NCBI GenBank assembly: GCA_004022145.1
Contig: RCNU01000001.1
From: Paecilomyces variotii
Lineage: Eukaryota
Reading direction: 5' to 3' (one strand)
DNA: 64,000 bases
The position numbers were made by a program, and so were the translations under genes. Below, one piece after another: positions 32,965 to 42,714 of the stretch. Below the pieces are notes generated by a model that was given only the letters and a program-made list of their open reading frames with translations, was not told where the DNA came from and made no database searches. The stretch's first letter is position 1, and each line of letters begins with the position of its first letter.

Positions 32965-33608
32965 TCATTGAGCGCTAGCGAAATGTTTCAATATACTAGG
33001 TACAAAAGTTTTTTGTTTTTTCTCCACTTTTTTCTAACCTCTCTGATTGGTCCATTCAAAAACGACCGCATGTGACTTTGAATTGCTGGGTGTTACCGCC
33101 TTCTTATTCGGGGAATTAAAATAACTCCTTCTGATCTCCTATAGGTTCGCGTCTGTGTCAATTAATTTACACCCTTCGCAGTCCTCACCCCCTACTTTCT
33201 TTTGCCTATTAAAGCTCACTTTTAAAGCATTTTCTTCTATCTAAATACTGGCTTCTTATTGGTCTGTCTGAAATATCAACTATATCAGCTAAATCCCTCC
33301 TACCTATCCCCTTCTGCCTATTTATCCCCCTTCTGCCTACCTATCCTATATAGACTTTGGTTTCTTATACTATCTAGCAATTACTAGCTAGCTTTATCTA
33401 TTAGATAGTTCTTTACAATATTTATTATCCACAGTTACTACACTAAAAGAACCTGATAAATTACCTAATTAAGCAATCAACCTATCTGCTAGGCTTTACC
33501 AGCGCGCCAGCGCGTCAGCGCCAGCAGCCAGCTTAGTCAGAGCAGCCAGCTTGGTCACTACGCTCAATGATTATTTGCTACGGCCCCTCCTAGCCGTAGC
33601 GCACCTAG
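32965..33608 (+). mobile_element. Non-autonomous Helitron-like element, copy 1 (644 bp)
   Basis: A|TCATTGAGCG 5' end; subterminal CGCTCAATGA (33561-33570); 8-bp hairpin GCTACGGC/GCCGTAGC (33577-33600); ends CTAG|T. No TSD; second copy at 35437-36072. Confidence 0.85.
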
Positions 33609-33868
33609 TACCAATTACATGATATTTTTCCAGTCTTCCACAGAAGCACACAAATCCAGGGCTCGCTAGGGTCTAAAAAAGTAAGATTCTCCCTATAGAT
33701 AACATGAGGGTTTCTATTGCTCTGTATGGCGACTAATGGTCTCAATAGGCAGAAACGTCAACTATGACGCTGAGAATTGGTAATAAACTGTGAAAATTGA
33801 CGACCGAGATCAGAAAAGACATCAATCAACTATTAAAATTGACTTGAGTTATATATCCATTTCAGAAA

Positions 33869-34972
33869 ATGCCTCTGGTAGGTCACAGAAGAAGACACTA
33901 CGAAACGTTAACGAAAATTGCCAACTCTGTACGGCTGAACACAATACGGACCCTTAATGCGCAAAATCCAGCATCTCTATACTGTCTTCCTATCGAGTTA
34001 ATCCAATATGTCTGTCAGTATCTCCCTATCGCGGAAACGTTCTCTTTAGTACTAAGCTGCGCTCGATTTTGGCATGCCAGAGCCAGTATCCAAAAATTTA
34101 TCAAGGCACACCGGTTACTAAAAGCACGAATCTACCCGGATTGGGAATTTATTGAAGCGCGTTTTCATATCCTCCGTTTAATGGAATTTGATAGACTCCA
34201 TGGTCTAGGCAGCCGGTCTTTTTGTTGCTGGTCGTGTATGACGACTCACTCAAAATCATTATTTGGATATATTTTTTGGCCACGTGTGGATCTCAAGTTC
34301 TCAATTGAAGAGCAAAGGATAAAATGCACGGCTCAAAACACCCGCAGTTGTTACGATAAGCAAAGGAAGATTTGGGTTGGCATATGCTCTGAAATGACAT
34401 ATGCACAGCTCCGAATCTTGGTATTCGGGATACATAATTGCAAAGAGCGCACTACATCATCTATTACAATCTCAGCGGGTTTTTCCGAACACATCGAATT
34501 CGATTTAAGGACCTATAGCCTCAAATCCCGGTTCTACCTTGGGAGGCTCTCGGATCTTGGCGTCGGTGGATTTGATCGCCTATGTCTGATGGCGAAGCTT
34601 CCGATATGTCCTCATACAAGAATTAGTATATTCAGAGGACGTTTCCTCCGGGGCCTAAATCCAAATTATGCATACTCTTGCTATTACTGCGGGGCGAAGT
34701 ATTACCTGACTTTGGGCCTCGAAGGAATGATTGAGCTCCATATTTCTCGCTATGTTGGACCTCTTAAAACAGGATCTGAGCCTGTATGGATCAATGCGTC
34801 TTATATATGTGTTAAGACTGCCTTCATCGATCACTGTCGGGCATTTTCTGAGTGGGTACATAGAATGTATAATCCCGAAACTGGGGGTGCGTATAACGGA
34901 GGATTTGAGATGTTCGTTTCCTCTGAAAAGAAAAAGTATCGATTTTATGGTTCTCAACCGGGTGGGTTCTGA
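33869..34972 (+). CDS. F-box domain protein (lineage-specific, Cys-rich)
   Basis: 367-aa uninterrupted ORF with the F-box signature SLYCLPIELIQYVCQYLPIAETFSLVLSCARFW, plus CCWSCMTTH, ICPH and CYYC motifs. May have upstream exons. Confidence 0.75.
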   Translation: MPLVGHRRRHYETLTKIANSVRLNTIRTLNAQNPASLYCLPIELIQYVCQYLPIAETFSLVLSCARFWHARASIQKFIKAHRLLKARIYPDWEFIEARFHILRLMEFDRLHGLGSRSFCCWSCMTTHSKSLFGYIFWPRVDLKFSIEEQRIKCTAQNTRSCYDKQRKIWVGICSEMTYAQLRILVFGIHNCKERTTSSITISAGFSEHIEFDLRTYSLKSRFYLGRLSDLGVGGFDRLCLMAKLPICPHTRISIFRGRFLRGLNPNYAYSCYYCGAKYYLTLGLEGMIELHISRYVGPLKTGSEPVWINASYICVKTAFIDHCRAFSEWVHRMYNPETGGAYNGGFEMFVSSEKKKYRFYGSQPGGF

Positions 34973-35078
34973 GCGCTATTTGGATTTTGTCGTCCTTCGT
35001 TTTCTGGACTTTCGCAAGCTCGGATAGGAGAGTGTTCCTTTTTGCTATAGGTAGCTACTGTTTAACATGATCTTTCTC

Positions 35079-35102
35079 CTCTCTCTCTCTCTCTCTCTCT
35101 CT
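35079..35102. repeat. (CT)12 microsatellite
   Basis: Directly visible, just left of the duplicated segment. Confidence 0.95.
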
Positions 35103-35115
35103 TTATTTTTTTTAA

Positions 35116-35313
35116 GTTGCAGGGGGATATGTGATATGTTCGACTAGTTTTTTTTTTATATTGATGGCTTTTAATCTTAAGAGGGGAGTATAAAGCGGGT
35201 AGGGAAAGGATGATATCTGGGGTTCTTTTTTTTTATTTCCCTTTTTCAAGTATAGAAAGAAAAGGGAGGATAAATAGAGTATCGATACTTATATAGTCAG
35301 TTTGATTTAGAAT
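35116..35313 (+). repeat. ~200-bp direct duplicate of 39962-40166 (hydrophobin 3' flank), RIP-like mutated
   Basis: Alignable by eye with 39962-40166. Differences are 8 TG>TA changes, 1 C>T change and T-run length. Confidence 0.92.
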
Positions 35314-35347
35314 ATTACCAGGAGAGATAGCTGCTAACATCCTCAAA

Positions 35348-36838
35348 ATGTCAACTCTAAATGTAGATTCGACCGCAAGTAAGAAAAGACCGGCCCTCGA
35401 CGAGACCGGCGGTACTCTAAAAAAGCCTATGACTAATCATTGAGCGCTAGCGAAATGTTTCAATATACTGGGTAGAAAAGTGCTTTACTTTTTCTCCACT
35501 TTTTTCTAACCTCTCTGATTGGTCTATTCTGAGTCAGCACCACGTGACTCCTGATTTAATTGGTCGGTTCTGAGTCAGCGCCACGTGATTCTTGATTTGT
35601 TATATGGTTTAAACTGCTTAGTATTACCGCCTTCCAATTCGGGAAATTAAAATAACTCCTCCTAACCTCCTATACCAGTTCGCGTTATTAGTTCGCGTCT
35701 GCTTTAATTAATTTACACCCTTTGCAGTCCTTACCCCCTGCTTTCTTTTGCCTATTAAAGCTCGCTTTTAGAGCATTTTCTTCTATCTAAATACTGGCTT
35801 TTTATTAGTCCGTCAGAAATATCGACTATATCAGCTAAATCCCTCCTACCTATCCCCCTTCTGCCTACCTATCCTATATAGCAGCTTCTTATATTATCTA
35901 GCAATTACTAGCTAGCTTTATCCATTGGGTAGTTCTTTACAATATTCATTAGCGCGCCAGCGCGTCAGCGCCAGCGCGTCAGCGCCAGCAGCCAGCTTAG
36001 TCAGAGCAGCTAGCTTGGTCACTACGCTCAATGATTATTTGCTACGGCCCATCCTAGCCGTAGCGCACCTAGTATAAACCCCAACCGACAAGAAACGGTA
36101 GAGTCCCTTTCGCGTCTCCTTGCATGAAAGCTTTAATTAATCTGTTTTTACTATAGAACAACACCCAGATTATATACCATAGCTCTATCGATGATAAGGA
36201 GAACCCTCGTGACGCCTGTGTGGACAAAATGGTCCAGGAAGCGCCGTTGCTACAGTATGACGCTGAGCAGAAAATAGCTGCTAACGAAAATGGCTTCGGC
36301 TTGCTTGCGGAAATGCGTCATATGCGTGCAGATATGGCAAAAATGAATGATAAGATCACGAAACTCGAGGCCCATCGCCAGAGCCATCTGGATATCCGTC
36401 AAAGAGCCATTTCCACATGGGTTAGAGACGCCCTCAACAAAGATACGGAGCGTCGGAATGAGGATATCCGGAGATTAAACAAGGATGTTATCCACGGGGG
36501 TGATGTGAGGTCTGATGCCATGGTAGTTACTGAGCGCTATAAGAAGAATAGCACTGAATGGAAATCTTTCCGTATGCTATATGGCCTCACCCCAGATGAG
36601 ATGAATGATCTCGGTATTGTCTACAAACTTCCTTGATACCTTTCATTGCTAATATGTTCTAGACCAAGCAAAGTGCTACCAATCCCTGCAAGCGTTGGAC
36701 ACCATAGCTTCTGTCCTATTTAAGGATGCTAAAAAAGGCCTTCCTGAGGGATTGGGGAAGCAACGGGAGGATCTCATTGCCATACTGCTGGAGAAAATAT
36801 ATGAAGAGGCCGAGAAGATGAGCAGCACTTTTCGTTGA
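35348..36838 (+). pseudogene. Hypothetical ~248-aa coiled-coil protein gene interrupted by Helitron-like copy 2
   Basis: ATG 35348 reads MSTLNVDSTASKKRPALDETGGTLKKPMT. Removing 35437-36072 restores the frame into NINPNRQET; introns 36098-36156 and 36614-36662 join it to ORF 36220-36636 and a final exon ending TGA 36836-36838. Confidence 0.75.
35437..36072 (+). mobile_element. Non-autonomous Helitron-like element, copy 2 (636 bp)
   Basis: Same termini as copy 1: A|TCATTGAGCG, CGCTCAATGA at 36025-36034, hairpin 36041-36064, CTAG|T at 36069-36072. Colinear interior with indels. Confidence 0.85.
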
Positions 36839-37416
36839 GAATGGTTTGAGGCTATGGCTCATCAAGATATAGGATGAGTGGAGGGATCAGCATTGCAGAT
36901 GTGAGTAACTGTTGGGGTGTTTATTGATGTTTACTGCTACGATATATCTGTACTCGTGGAGGGTGTGTCAAGGCTCAGCAGAATGTGTGACATTGAGTAT
37001 TAAGCATGTCCTAGAGATCCTGCTTTTATGATGGCCCAGCTCGCACAATTTTTGCGTCAGCTGTAGGAAGCGTGGCTTAGCTATGTGGAAATGCGGAAAC
37101 TGGCTCTTATGTCTAATTGTTCCTTGTAAACAGGTTCTCCTTGTATATTGATATAACATCACGATCAGGGTGTTGTCCCATAAGAGGATGTAGAACAGTT
37201 AAATAGTAACAATATCTATATCACTTCCAGCCTATGAAATGTATAGAAGACACGACCAATCGCTTGTTCTGATCATATATATACATACACTCGTTGCGTA
37301 TTTAGTCCAGTCGGGTCTAATGCCTGCGATTACGAGTGAGGATGTGATTTCCAAGTCGGAACAGGGATATAATTTCGCACCCTCGGTCTTCCAAGGGATT
37401 CCGGTGATAGATACTT

Positions 37417-38316
37417 ATGCGTAAAGTTCTGAATCAGGAGGACTCAATTGCAGCTGCTGTTGATCTTGCCTCCAAGACAGAACAGGTCGTTATTTTCGCC
37501 GGTCTGAGCGGGGAGTGGGAAACAGAAGGTTACGATCGTGACCATATGGGCTTGCCGCCGGGGAGCGATATACTGATCTCTCGTGTCTTGAGAGCAAACC
37601 CAAATACCGTGGTGGTGATACAGAGCGGTACACCAGTTACGATGCCGTGGGCAGGTGATGCCAAAGCATTGCTACAAGCGTGGTACGGTGGTAACGAAGG
37701 TGGGAATGGGATCGCGGATGTACTCTATGGAAACGTCAATCCCTCTGGCAAGCTACCGCTCAGTTTTCCTGTACATCTCCGTGATAACCCGTCCTTCCTT
37801 AACTTCCGTTCCGAAAGAGGCCGCGTTCTATATGGGGAAGACGTCTACGTGGGATACCGCTTCTATGAGAAGACCGAAATTCAGCCCCTCTTTCCTTTCG
37901 GTTACGGTCTCTCCTACACTAACTTCTCACTCTCGGCTCTGAGAGTTGCGGTATCACCGGAAAAGCATCGTATACAAGCCGGGGAAGACATCAAGGTATC
38001 TGTGATTGTCTCCAACACCGGGTCTACAGCAGGCGCAGAAACCGTCCAACTCTGGGTGATACCACCAACAACTTCTAGTATCAGCCGCCCCGTACGCGAG
38101 CTCAAGGGCTTCAAGAAGGTTTTCCTAGAAGCTGGAGGAAATAAGGCGGTCGAAATAGTCGTGAACAAGGGAGTAGCTACCAGTTTCTGGGACGAGACGC
38201 GGAGCTCTTGGATCTCAGAGAAAGGTGACTACGAGCTACTCATTACGGGCACTGGTGAGCAAGATCTGAGGTTTCCATTTCAAGTAGCAAAAACGAGGTG
38301 GTGGTCGGGTCTGTAA
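37417..38316 (+). pseudogene. 5'-truncated GH3 beta-glucosidase fragment (second half of C-terminal domain + Fn3-like)
   Basis: [72 protein letters not shown] and RELKGFKKV are present. No N-terminal TIM barrel or PA14 exons are visible upstream. Confidence 0.8.
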
Positions 38317-39249
38317 CTGGAAAGCTCACCGCAGTGATCATTTCATGATAGGTAATGACAGTTCAAGAAAAAGAAGAAACGAGAGAAAAAAAATCATAAG
38401 AATCGTGTCGTAGCGATCATATGCATCCATTTTGATACACGATTCTTTTGAGTGAGGTCTTCTACTCCGTATAGTAAGGTGTCATAACCCCCTTGCTTCA
38501 TCGTATATGGTACAGTGTACGTACTTAATATTAATGACTCCACAGCCCTCGCAGCTCTGGCCTTGGACGTTCAAAACGGTCATGGAGAACGATCCAGTTC
38601 GGTCGAGGAAAGACATGAGGAGAAGCCTATCTAACGGTATCAACGAACGGAATGTAAACCCGCGAAGGCGTAGTCGAAATACTGTATATACTACTTAATT
38701 AAGATTCTATTCCCATCTACGGTATAACCAACCTCATCTAACCTCGGAATGAATCCAGATTCACCATCCAAAATGCATTAACACGTTATCCATCCATATT
38801 CTGCAGGCATATCGTAGAGTATGGTATAGCGAAGTCCGAGTCTCCATTCTTCAACGCGACGCGACTTATCAAATGCACATTCCTCGGGATTTCCTAAAGG
38901 AGCATGCGTGCATGGAGTAGCGTGGCTGGAGACTAGCGAAGAAAGGGATGATAATAAGGATAAGAGGGAACCAACCCTCACGCGTCGGCTGCGATGACCT
39001 TGGATAAATCTCGTTGTTTCTCTCCTCTTGGTTATTGTAGCTGATCTGGATATTCGTTCTTTTTTTTTTTTCGTTTTGCATACCGTTTTCGATCGAGCAC
39101 TTACTTTATACCCCCGTGGCTATCCCTTTCCTGAACTAGATATTAGGAAAGTATATCCGACCAGAAAACAACACAGCAACAAATAGAAACGACGCAAAAG
39201 AAGCAACAAAGCCACATAGTGCTCAAATCTCACCAAACCCCTCGTCAAA

Positions 39250-39936
39250 ATGCACCTCTTCTCATCAAACCTCTTCATTCTCGCCGTCGTCACCACCACC
39301 TCCTCCCTAGTCACCGCCGCACCACCATCGCTCAAGCCCCTACCTTCAAACGTACGACATCTACTACCGACCCCGAGTGGAAACCCGAATAAGATCTCGA
39401 CATGTCCCGCAGATGCGAAGAGACAGTGCTGCGTCACGCTGCAGGAGGCGTCGAATACGTTGTTGTCGGGTCTGGGAGACCTAGTGCCGTATTTAAGTGG
39501 TGTGGAGGTTGGGAGTGTTCTTGGGATGGGGTGTATGTTTTAATTTATCCTTCCTTCCTTCTCCCCCAAAAAAAAAACCCCTTTCGCTTCTTTTTTCCAG
39601 CAGTAGAATATTGCGTTGGAAGAATGCAACAGAACTATATGATGCAATGCAATTGATGTACAGAAACCGCTAACGATTTCTTTCTTGGAATGGATATACA
39701 GGCACCGATATCGCTGATAATGCCCCTGATTATGATTGTCGGGACACAATTGCATGCTGTTCGGGCGCTGAGTTGGTATGTTTAGTTGTGTCCTTTTTAT
39801 TTCATTCTATTCTTATTTGTCAGGCCTGACCTTCGAGCGTATACTGACTTTTTGTGAAAAGCTCGGACCGCATACGGTGACTGGTGGATGTTACCCGCCG
39901 CCTTCTCATCCTTCTCCTCCTCCTTCTTCGCATTGA
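39250..39936 (+). CDS. Class I-type hydrophobin (3 exons, 143 aa)
   Basis: Signal peptide. Exons 39250-39532, 39702-39775 and 39862-39936 give the 8-Cys pattern C-X7-CC-X33-C-X11-C-X5-CC-X14-C. Confidence 0.85.
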
Positions 39937-39961
39937 GTTGGATAGGAAAGTGGATGGTTTG

Positions 39962-40166
39962 GTTGCAGGGGGATATGTGATATGTTCGACTAGTTTTTTT
40001 TTTATATTGATGGCTTTTGATCTTGAGAGGGGAGTGTGAAGCGGGTAGGGAAAGGATGATATCTGGGGTTCTTTTTTTTTTTTTTTTGTTTCCCTTTTTC
40101 AAGTATAGAAAGAAAAGGGAGGATGAATGGAGTGTCGATACTTATATAGTCAGTTCGATTTAGAAT
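39962..40166 (+). repeat. Unmutated partner of the 35116-35313 duplication
   Basis: Direct alignment; begins 26 bp after the hydrophobin stop codon. Confidence 0.92.
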
Positions 40167-40369
40167 GAATAATATGGAATATTTCTTTCTCATTGTTAAA
40201 TTTGGTTCCGATGATAGATATTGTTCTGCATGTAGTTTCCTGCTTTGGTTTGAATATGGCCTTATTATATGTCCTCTCTGTCATTTCTTTCATGGTATTG
40301 GGTGCTATTGTATGGTACATGTACATGTTTGCATGCAAGCAATTGCATGGTCACTTAGAAAATCAATCC

Positions 40370-42151
40370 TTATCGCCATCCACCACGGCCTTGGGGAGGG
40401 TATCCTCTGCCACCTGGTTGCTGATGGCCCCATGGTGCATGAGATCCGGGGTACTGCCCAGGAGGCGGTGGGAGATATTGCCCCCCTTGCGGTTGAAAAG
40501 GAAATCCCGGGACAGGCATTCCTGTGCGAGGATCTATACCACCAGGAAGCGGTGGTGGAAACGCTCCTCCTGCTTGTGGAGGCGGAGGTGGAGGTGGCCA
40601 TGGGCCCTGATAGTTCGGGGGCGGGGGCGGGGGCGGAGGAATAGGATATCCGCCCGGTCCAGGCAGAGGGACAAAATTCTGAGGGGCGAATGGGAACTGG
40701 CCTGGGGGGGGAGGGATGGGGATTCCCTGTGGTGGGGGATATGAGTGATGTGGTTGCGGGAAAGAGGATCGCGGAGGCGATGCTAGTCGAGGAGAGTAAG
40801 ACTTCTCCCGGGATGGAGAACGGGAGCGGCGTCTTGAAGGGCTCCGTGAACGAGAATAGGAGTGGCGCCGTCGGGAACGACGTCTATAAGGAGAACTGCT
40901 CTGCGACCTGGAGCGTGAGCGGCGTCTGCCATCGCTGCTAGGACTGCCACTGTAACGACGACGCTTTCGAGGACTCCTGCTTGAACTCCTACTTCCACTG
41001 CGGCTGCGACTGCGACTGCGACTCCGACTGAGACTCCGACTCCGGCCTCTTGAAATCTTCCCGCTCCTCTTTTTCATCTGCTCGCAGAACCCACGGGACC
41101 ATCCGTAGTACGTCTCTCCTCCGACGATCTCACCGGTAGTCTCGTCTCGGACTACCGTCTGGCCCATCTCGTCAATGTCGATGACAGTGTTTTCATCATG
41201 TTCCGGTTCGTCATTTTCGTATATGCGATCAACATCCTTCAGGAATTTCTTGAGGGCCGTTACCAGTTTCTGGTCTGCGGGCCCGGCAAGGAACTGCAGT
41301 GGCTTCACGGCGTCCGGCCGTATAGGCGCCGTCGAGTCGGGTATAATATGGGGAACCAAGTTCCCGGCTGGGAGGTCGTAATACGGTGTAGACGCATCTC
41401 CGTGGGTGGCTGGCATAACGAAAGGAACATCCTTTGACGTAGCCGTTTTCGCAACATCTGCATTGGCATCACTAATCCCCACGGAAGCTTTGATGGCATC
41501 AACAGATGCTGAGTTGCGGACCGCTTCTCGGAGCTTGTCGACATAGTCCGAGCTATAGTATCCGTTGGCCTTCCATATATCCAGTAACTCGTCCAGTCGT
41601 CTGTGGTGCTTGGGATTCTTCTCGCGGTCGAACGCTGCCGCCTGGCCGATCAGGTCGATAATGTATGGCTGCAGCGCTCCCGTAACCGTCGAGAAGGCAA
41701 CATTGTTTTCGGAGTGGTACTTGGTATGATGGAAGAGGTCGTTGAGTAGGTAGAGGATGTGTAACCTCTTGCGCTTTCCAGATATCTCTCTGCGACCCTG
41801 TGGATTGGGTTCTCTGGACTTTTCATCCGTGGGCTTGAATGACTCGGACAGCACAACGAGATACTTGCCCAGCACTCCCACCCTGTTGGATGATTGGACA
41901 ACATTCCTAAGAAGCCATGCTTTGCAGGTCTATGACCAGACTCATACGATCAGTAAGACTTGTCCTCGTATCGATGAACCAAATGCGCAAACTGTCCAGA
42001 CCTGGATGTTTGCCGGAGAGCAATGCGACAGTGCTTTGTCCAGCGCGGAGTGGAAACCGGTGATCTCGTCGCGAGGGACGGAGGTCGGATCGGGGCGTAG
42101 GAGTCCCGCTGAGAAGGACGCTTTCGCGATGGCGATCTGATGGGATGCCAT
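40370..42151 (-). CDS. CID (CTD-interacting) domain, RS- and Pro-rich protein (CHERP-like)
   Basis: Exon 1 MASHQIAIAKASFSAGLLRPDP...CSPANIQ, then RKRLHILYLLNDLFHH, PYYDLPAGN, YYGWSRGFC, RS repeats and a poly-Pro tail; one intron. Confidence 0.85.
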
Positions 42152-42714
42152 CTCTTATCGAGAGTGGAAACGATACTGTGAGGGAAGGAGTTCCATGGGC
42201 CAGGAATCAAGGTCAAGATAAGCTGGGGAGCTGTCGCGAATTCTTGAGCTTCTTGTCGGAGCTCCCTCCTCGATCCCGCCTGCGGCACGTGATCCTGCAG
42301 CGCAACGATCGATATTTGTCTGGCCGGTAATGCTTCTTTTGTTGGGTATGGGCTTTGGCGACAGAGATATGGATTTGTCAGTCTCTAGCGGCCGTCTAAT
42401 TGTGGCTTCTGATCCAGCTGTAGTTAATGCACGCCGCCCTGTACTCGTTCGATATATATTTCCTGCACATGGTATACTTTAGCCACACAGCAACAGTATT
42501 GCATGGCACCATGTTGGATGACAACCTCTTTCTGGTCCCTTGTATATAAATCATTAGGACACTACAAAATGACATGCATGAGTATTGTGTTTATAAAAGT
42601 AGTTGTTGATACTTCGAGGACTTAGCGGAGCATACTCTGCAGCAATCTAGACAAGTGAATATCGAGTGGTTGTTCCTAATAAATTCAACTAAGGATCGCC
42701 GATGCATCAAAGCC

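Noticed and set aside
32965-36072. Reading the two repeats as LTRs of one retrotransposon
   Set aside because: No TG...CA ends, PBS/PPT, TSD or gag/pol. Copy 2 interrupts a gene independently, and the ends fit Helitrons.
35434-36074. Tc1/mariner MITE with a TA target duplication
   Set aside because: TA...TA fits copy 2 only (copy 1 has TG...TA), and the inverted repeat is ~40 bp inside the 3' end rather than terminal.
31300-38450. Starship element
   Set aside because: No DUF3435 tyrosine recombinase or definable direct-repeat boundaries are visible.
40780-41045. Short tandem repeats (CGACTG etc.)
   Set aside because: They simply encode the RS domain of the CID protein.
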